Source: a virus
Taxonomy: Duplodnaviria; Caudoviricetes
Reading direction: 5' to 3' (one strand)
DNA length: 64,000 bases
IMG/VR virus record: IMGVR_UViG_3300021514_000002
Coordinates: 160,001 to 224,000 of that record
Of this stretch, positions 58,591 through 64,000 are shown in pieces; the first letter of the stretch is position 1, and each line of letters begins with the position of its first letter. The position numbers and the translations under genes are program-made. The notes beneath the pieces were generated by a model. The model was not told the DNA's origin, made no database searches, and saw nothing but the letters and a program-made list of their open reading frames with translations.

Positions 58591-59247
58591 TTAAATTACA
58601 ACTAATGTGTAGGTATATGTAGTTGGTACGCTAAATTCCATAAAATTATTTTTTGGAACTGAAGCTTTACCAATGGATATAACGTACATTCCAGATGTTG
58701 TTAAATTAAATTGCTTTGTTGTAGGATCATAATAATCCACTGTATTGCCCGTATTCATACGGAAACATTTAATAGATTTTAATAACTCTGGGGTACGAAT
58801 ATCAGAGAATGGACTAAGATCGAAACCGTTCAATGAATATGTTCCAATAGAACATATGTTACCATACGACGTTTTCATTCTAAGTTTTGTTGTTGTTTCC
58901 GTGATATCAATCTTCGGCGTAAGCATTTCTATCAACATAGAATATGTTCCGGCCATCATTCGTGCTTCACCAGTATCACTAAACTGTGTAGCAGGTGACA
59001 AAATAACTACCTTTTCTGAATATCCATTAAATTCTTCAATACTGCCAATTAATTCATCAGTTGGTAATATTACATCTTTAACTTCAATCGCTAACGTATT
59101 TACATTGAAAACGATATATTTTCCAACCGTACCATCACCTATCATGGTATCATCAAAACTGATAGTATCAATTGTGGCAATCGCATTTAATGAAATCTTG
59201 GAAAAAGATAACGATTCAACAACGTCTGTTAGTACAAATATTCTCAT
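58591..59247 (-). CDS. Accessory protein of the rSAM locus (beta-rich)
   Basis: Start re-set to ATG 59247, 1 nt after the fibre stop codon. Confidence 0.7.
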   Translation of the reverse strand: MRIFVLTDVVESLSFSKISLNAIATIDTISFDDTMIGDGTVGKYIVFNVNTLAIEVKDVILPTDELIGSIEEFNGYSEKVVILSPATQFSDTGEARMMAGTYSMLIEMLTPKIDITETTTKLRMKTSYGNICSIGTYSLNGFDLSPFSDIRTPELLKSIKCFRMNTGNTVDYYDPTTKQFNLTTSGMYVISIGKASVPKNNFMEFSVPTTYTYTLVVI

Positions 59248-59248
59248 G

Positions 59249-60904
59249 TTATCCCCATTTAGCACATTTACTATGTGCGCAGTTACAAGTGCAAGTGCAA
59301 GTGCAAGTGCATGTACACCCACAAGTATTATTAGAACTTGGTATATATTTTGTAGTAGCACCAAATACTACTTCTAGTGAATTACCTACGAGGTTACTAG
59401 CAGAATCATAATAAGCTGCCCCATTATATGTAACTGTAGCGCCACCCGTAACTACAAAATTAAGTTTATTTGCACCATCATCATATGTTACATCAATTCC
59501 AGATTCGAAGTTTCCACTTATCATTGCACCGACAATATCCTGCAAACTTTCGGTTTTTTGTGTTTCAAAATTTGCGGCGGTTAATACTTCCGCACCACTA
59601 ATGGTAATATTAGTACCATCTAATGTGGTTGGTCCAATCCACGAAATCGTTGCACCTATCGTACCTGATATTGCATGATATATCTCAATACCCGTAGTAT
59701 GTATTCGCAGCATCACAGCTGGCTCGCCGGATTTTGCGTATGTGTGTACAGCACCTGTCCATGTAGCATTCCATAAATGTTCTACCCTACCTGAGCCATC
59801 GTCTTGGACAATTGAGTATTTGCCATTGGTTGATGTTTGTTCTAACAAGGTCGCAACAGCAGAAAATGCTAAGGTGCCTAACATAGTATCGCCAGTATCG
59901 TTTACATATCGTCCATCTGCATAATCTCGGTTTATTCCATCTGTGCCAACAACAGGAGTTCCAACATTATTAATTTGATTCGTTGCCATATCCAAGTCGC
60001 CTGCCATGGCATCGCCTGTTACATTAACAAATCGGTTGTCAGCGTAACCAAGATTTACAGCATCGTCTGCCGAATCAGGATCAGCAAGATTTTCAATTTT
60101 ATGCGAGTCCATGTTGAGAGCGCCTTGCATAGCTTTACTACCGTCACGCGGTAAGTAATTTGCGGAAACGCGTGTCCAATCTGGGGAACCACCTGTAAAA
60201 ATTCGTAAATTTCTTTCATATTCATCACTGCTAATGGCGTATGTTGAAGTTTCCCACCATAGATCGCTTATCGATGGTGCTGTTGGTGCTGTATCAGAAA
60301 AAGTAATACCACCAACACGTTTCCATATTCCTGTGAGTGGTGAACCTAAAAATTCATAAACGTAGATTTGTCCCCGTGTTTGGTTATACCACATCTGTCC
60401 TTCTATTGGGGTAGTTGCGCTAAATTGGCCTGCTTTATTTGGAACGCCAAGTTCGCCCGCACTAGCTGAAATTGCACCTGATGTAAGGTTCGGTGCAGTA
60501 AGAGGACTACCCGTAGATGCTAATGTAATTGTTGTTTCTGTAGAACCATTATATACTGCTGACTGAACGACATACGTTCCATCGTCTGTAGGTGACCCAG
60601 TAGAACCCCAAATATTAAAACTCCTTGTTGGGGGGAATGCTCGTTCAACGTCACCCACAATAGTAAAAGTTGTCCCTGTTGGAACACTAGTTATAATATG
60701 AATGTCTTCTTCCGATGAAAAATTTTCCAACATATGGATGAAGTTTTCGAGGATAGTTTCGCCCCATAGCGAATGCCCCATGCCAATAAGGTCTATGTCT
60801 GTTTGTCTGTTTCCACCGCGTGGACCAGCAACAGCATTGGGTAAAACGTTGAGAGTACTTTTTGTTGGATCAACAAAATTTATAGTGTAATTCTTAGCGG
60901 CCAT
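59249..60904 (-). CDS. Tail-fibre-like virion protein with C-terminal (Cys-X)7-Cys tail
   Basis: LIG.G...WGE..LENF..MLENF; GQMWYN; three G..M.G.L.M...I.N..P..DA.N..YAD repeats; ends NTCGCTCTCTCTCTCNCAHSKCAKWG. Confidence 0.85.
   Translation of the reverse strand: MAAKNYTINFVDPTKSTLNVLPNAVAGPRGGNRQTDIDLIGMGHSLWGETILENFIHMLENFSSEEDIHIITSVPTGTTFTIVGDVERAFPPTRSFNIWGSTGSPTDDGTYVVQSAVYNGSTETTITLASTGSPLTAPNLTSGAISASAGELGVPNKAGQFSATTPIEGQMWYNQTRGQIYVYEFLGSPLTGIWKRVGGITFSDTAPTAPSISDLWWETSTYAISSDEYERNLRIFTGGSPDWTRVSANYLPRDGSKAMQGALNMDSHKIENLADPDSADDAVNLGYADNRFVNVTGDAMAGDLDMATNQINNVGTPVVGTDGINRDYADGRYVNDTGDTMLGTLAFSAVATLLEQTSTNGKYSIVQDDGSGRVEHLWNATWTGAVHTYAKSGEPAVMLRIHTTGIEIYHAISGTIGATISWIGPTTLDGTNITISGAEVLTAANFETQKTESLQDIVGAMISGNFESGIDVTYDDGANKLNFVVTGGATVTYNGAAYYDSASNLVGNSLEVVFGATTKYIPSSNNTCGCTCTCTCTCTCNCAHSKCAKWG
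59279..59323 (-). repeat. In-frame hexamer repeat (TGCACT x4) encoding alternating Cys
   Basis: AAGTGC x4 at 59287-59310 on the plus strand. Confidence 0.95.
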
Positions 60905-60915
60905 GTTTATTCCTC

Positions 60916-61551
60916 TTATGTCCTTATGATGTATATTAAGTTATCGCCAGGTGACGCAATATTTGGCACATCAAATGTAGTTACAGACAGCGGACTTCCT
61001 AAACTAAAAGTATCACCAATTTCAATATAAAGTGCAGCAAATCGTGCTTTGTTTACAGATTGTCCAGAACATTCTAGTTCATTTGCCGACATTGTATTTC
61101 TTGCATCAATCCGTATGGTACCCGGTGAAATATTAACAGATACCCAATGGGTACCATTAAAAGTAAAGTGGTCTTTTGATGTCGTGTCGTACCAATGTTG
61201 TCCTATGATTGGTGTAGTTATTCCATTACCAATCCCAAGGTCGTTTTCGTCTTTTGGCATTACTGGATGAATAGTTTCATCATAAAGCGTCGTAGGGGAA
61301 CCTACAATAAAAGTGTCGCCTGTTACTTTTCGTGGGCAGGAAAAATTTTCCAACATACGGTATAAATTTTGATCTACGCCTTCGCCCCATTTTAGTGAAC
61401 CAAATCCAAATAAGCGCAGATCTGTCTGTCGGGCTAATCCAGCCGGACCATTTAACTCACCTGGTCCAATAACAAACGAATTGGCTTCCTTTTCAGATAA
61501 AATAGCTGCGTCATTGAAGGCTGTTTTCTTTATTACGAACGTTTCTGACAT
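60916..61551 (-). CDS. Virion protein with shared ENF-type N-domain and tail-collar-like C-domain
   Basis: LFGFG...WGE...NL..MLENFS; GQHWYD; ECSGQ.V....FAALY..IG.T...TTF..P. Confidence 0.75.
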   Translation of the reverse strand: MSETFVIKKTAFNDAAILSEKEANSFVIGPGELNGPAGLARQTDLRLFGFGSLKWGEGVDQNLYRMLENFSCPRKVTGDTFIVGSPTTLYDETIHPVMPKDENDLGIGNGITTPIIGQHWYDTTSKDHFTFNGTHWVSVNISPGTIRIDARNTMSANELECSGQSVNKARFAALYIEIGDTFSLGSPLSVTTFDVPNIASPGDNLIYIIRT

Positions 61552-61582
61552 AATATATCCATTAAATAATTAATTATATGAC

Positions 61583-61589
61583 TATTTAT
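61583..61589 (-). promoter_or_regulatory. T4-type late promoter core ATAAATA heading the fibre-rSAM operon
   Basis: Same motif 6-47 nt upstream of starts at 7387, 13501, 27346, 35903, 37400, 43137, 44544, 46478, 46518, 47513, 52956. Confidence 0.7.
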
Positions 61590-61605
61590 CACAGGCATAT
61601 AATCT

Positions 61606-62292
61606 TTATAATCCTAATTCAGTCACGTATTGTTTCACGATTTCTACCTCGTTTGGTTGTTTGTTGAATCTTCCTGTCCAATAATCTGGATTTACGATAG
61701 TTTCCAGTACTATTCTTTCTTCCGAGGAAGTGGTATTAATATAGAATTTTGCGAATTTCTTACTATTTAATAACATCCATGGCGATAACCTGCGTTGATG
61801 TAATAATTGTATCACTTCATTTGGCGTTAATATATTAAATACTTCGCTTACATCTACTTCCGCCGCATCTGCGATATCAAATAGAGTTTTTATTGTTATT
61901 TTGACCAGTTCCCTAGTTGGCAATTTTCGTGTAATATATTCAAGATATTTTCGATATGCTGTGTCACTTGACCAGTAATTAGGATCTATACCCGAACCTA
62001 CCATTAATTCTATAAATACGCCAATATCTGGTAATTGGGTTTTTTTCACAAATTTTGTGAAATTGAAAAATGTAGTGAAGTACCTAGATTTCTTAAAAGC
62101 CATTGCTGACGAGGGCACGCTTTTATGTTTCACTTTCATCCAAGATTTATAATAATTCCACGCAGCTTGACCTGCAACCGATTTAAAATCTTTCTCGCGA
62201 ATCATTGCAGTACATTCATGTCGTAAAAATCTTGCTTCGGTTGTAAATGTTGCCCTGCAAAAATTACACCTATGTAAAATTTCTCTTGTCAT
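61606..62292 (-). CDS. Conserved jumbo-phage protein with N-terminal zinc finger
   Basis: HRCNFC..F......RHEC. Confidence 0.7.
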   Translation of the reverse strand: MTREILHRCNFCRATFTTEARFLRHECTAMIREKDFKSVAGQAAWNYYKSWMKVKHKSVPSSAMAFKKSRYFTTFFNFTKFVKKTQLPDIGVFIELMVGSGIDPNYWSSDTAYRKYLEYITRKLPTRELVKITIKTLFDIADAAEVDVSEVFNILTPNEVIQLLHQRRLSPWMLLNSKKFAKFYINTTSSEERIVLETIVNPDYWTGRFNKQPNEVEIVKQYVTELGL

Positions 62293-62293
62293 A

Positions 62294-62773
62294 TTATGCC
62301 TGTCTCGTCTTTAATTCCCTTTTTATTACAGTGATTTCTTGCGCTTGCCTGCCAAGTTGTTCTGCAAAAGAAAGTATATCGTCATTTGAGATTACGGGCA
62401 AGACATCTAATGCATCAATAGTATTATAACTAAAAAATTCTTTTATAACTCCAACAACTTTTGGCGTTGAAGTCGTTTTTTTGCTTTTTGTCTTATTGAA
62501 CTTATATCGCTGAGTTTTACCTGACGCGCACAATGTTATAAGATTAACTAACAATTCTTTATGTTTGCCCAAATTAAAAACGAACGGATTAACTAATTCG
62601 TTTAAAAAATAAACCTGACGTGCATCGTCCGTACCAGACATCCATCTCATTAAAATTAATGGACTGATCTCTTTGGCTTGATCTTCGGTAAGCGATTTAT
62701 AAAATTTTCTGTTCTTCCTACTTAGATTAGGAAGAACTTCATTAAACAAATCTAATTTATATTGTTTAACCAT
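62294..62773 (-). CDS. Clamp-loader small subunit (T4 gp62-like)
   Basis: PLILMRWMS...LNE.VN...KH..L....RY.F...VIKEFFSYN..DA...L. Confidence 0.6.
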   Translation of the reverse strand: MVKQYKLDLFNEVLPNLSRKNRKFYKSLTEDQAKEISPLILMRWMSGTDDARQVYFLNELVNPFVFNLGKHKELLVNLITLCASGKTQRYKFNKTKSKKTTSTPKVVGVIKEFFSYNTIDALDVLPVISNDDILSFAEQLGRQAQEITVIKRELKTRQA

Positions 62774-63101
62774 TTGCTGCGTTTATCCGACGGTTACAGA
62801 ATTTGCATTCCACGTAACCATCTTTTTGAACCAAATGCTCATAAGGATGGATACAGTCTTTAACCATTACTTGTCGCAATGCTTGTATTTCATCAAGCAT
62901 TGGTTGTTTTTCATCCTTAATAATATTAAGGATTTTTTCTTCAATCGGTCGAAGCTTTTCAATTAACTTTTCCATATTAGCAAGTTTACGCTTCCACGCA
63001 GTTTTTTCACTACGATCTGCATGGTTCGATATGCTCTCGAATAAATTACGTTCTACCGCCTGTTCTGGTGTTTCATTTTCTGGTTTTTTTCTTCTAGCCA
63101 T
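62766..63101 (-). CDS. Hypothetical protein with C-terminal C-H/CxxC
   Basis: CIHP...ECKFC. Confidence 0.7.
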   Translation of the reverse strand: MARRKKPENETPEQAVERNLFESISNHADRSEKTAWKRKLANMEKLIEKLRPIEEKILNIIKDEKQPMLDEIQALRQVMVKDCIHPYEHLVQKDGYVECKFCNRRINAANG

Positions 63102-63298
63102 TATTTTATTAACTCCTCAGAAACGACATCTTTTTCATGACAAACCATATTCAATTTTATATTAATTTCGGTTGGTAACCCAAATAACGTGATTGATGAA
63201 GCTACTGTTTCAAATTCTGTTATTGTTCCTTCAAGATTGTGTTGTTCTAAAAATACAATCAAATCTTCAGGTGTTGTTGGCATTATCATGCTTTTCAT
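63101..63298 (-). CDS. Small hypothetical protein
   Basis: Coupled to upstream ORF. Confidence 0.55.
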   Translation of the reverse strand: MKSMIMPTTPEDLIVFLEQHNLEGTITEFETVASSITLFGLPTEINIKLNMVCHEKDVVSEELIK

Positions 63299-64000
63299 TT
63301 TACTAACTCCATTGCATCATCAAATTTGTTCACTCTAAGTTCTTTGATGAATTGTTTTCCAATATCAGAATCTTTATCAACTATCATACTTGGTTTAGTT
63401 TCAAGTTGTGCTTTTAGAACCTCATATTGAAGTTTCGTTCTTTCCATGTAAGATTCTGGAACCCTCATGGCATCAGAAACTTTGCGTTGGAAATATTCAA
63501 GATCATCTAACATACCAAGACCTTGACCACATGGTAATGTTTCAACAAGTGAACCCCGCCCTTCTGGATTTGATGAAGAAATGAAATCTTCTGTTATCCA
63601 TTTACCATCACGGACAACTTTTGAGGTCATTTGTGGTATATACGGTGCATAAAAATATCCAGTATCTAATTGTTTCGGTTCTGTTTCAAAATCAAACACG
63701 AGTTGTTTTTCACAATTTTCTTCGTCTATATTAAGCAACTCTACCCCTAATGACTTTATGTGAATTGGTATGTGAATGAATTCTGCGGCATCATTTGGTT
63801 TAATAGTAACATCAACGTGCAATTTATTGTTATCAATACGACTAGGCGTATTATTGGTTTCATCACAAACTACCGAATAGTCAACGATGCTACTGTTTGA
63901 AAGAATATTAGTAATATCACATCTCACCCGCTCGTGGGTTAATGAATCATTTGGTTTGTCTATGTGGACTGCCAGTCCCGCTTGAATGTTTCTTTTAAGA
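63295..64000 (-). CDS. Mosaic ORF (5'-truncated by window): tail-sheath C-terminus + major-capsid motif + portal segment
   Basis: DYSVVCDETNNTP.RID (gp18); DTGYFYAPYIP (gp23); EGRGS.VETLP.G..LG.LDDL.YF...RVP.SY (gp20); frame open to base 64000. Confidence 0.75.
   Translation of the reverse strand, partial: LKRNIQAGLAVHIDKPNDSLTHERVRCDITNILSNSSIVDYSVVCDETNNTPSRIDNNKLHVDVTIKPNDAAEFIHIPIHIKSLGVELLNIDEENCEKQLVFDFETEPKQLDTGYFYAPYIPQMTSKVVRDGKWITEDFISSSNPEGRGSLVETLPCGQGLGMLDDLEYFQRKVSDAMRVPESYMERTKLQYEVLKAQLETKPSMIVDKDSDIGKQFIKELRVNKFDDAMELVK

Noticed and set aside
58591-59364. ORF-track N-terminal extension ...VGVHALALALALVTAH resembling a signal peptide
   Set aside because: It is the alternate frame of the Cys-Thr hexamer repeat. 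An ATG with an SD-like GGGGA sits at 59247, right after the fibre stop codon.
58745-59377. Long plus-strand shadow ORFs (also 4726-5175, 10329-10772, 28228-28665, 51031-51492, 55954-56373)
   Set aside because: They are antisense to well-supported genes and have no SD or recognisable motifs.
1-64000. Alternative genetic code, as in some jumbo phages
   Set aside because: Conserved genes (prs, kdsB, iscU, rIIA, rSAMs) are full length under code 11, and TAA, TAG and TGA all end genes.

Overview
A 64-kb, AT-rich segment of a large T4-superfamily (Rak2/GAP32-like jumbo) myophage, probably infecting a proteobacterium. All calls come from motifs I recognised by eye; no database search was run. (1) About 1-12 kb is an array of roughly 25 short cassettes, each behind a conserved sigma70 promoter/leader repeat. 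It also holds several candidate structured ncRNAs (one tRNA-like) and a duplicated element carrying DnaA boxes. (2) About 12-26 kb is a run of small accessory genes, including an HNH nuclease, DUF4145, kdsB, a PLA2-like gene and DNA methyltransferases. (3) About 26-48 kb, mostly on the minus strand, carries prs, two methyltransferase/nuclease pairs, rIIA/rIIB, Nudix-iscU-rhodanese-iscA, an encapsulin-type ferritin, a DEDDh exonuclease and a mini-DnaE. (4) About 48-64 kb is a late virion module. The main result is four tandem radical SAM(/SPASM) enzymes embedded in the tail-fibre operon, just downstream of a tail-fibre protein ending in CGCTCTCTCTCTCNC. This is a candidate RiPP-like system for modifying the virion, with phage-encoded Fe-S and iron supply genes elsewhere in the window. 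Two other notable signals are 20 copies of a Gly-Ser-Pro motif in the loops of the flanking virion proteins, and an ORF at the right edge that joins tail-sheath, major-capsid and portal fragments.
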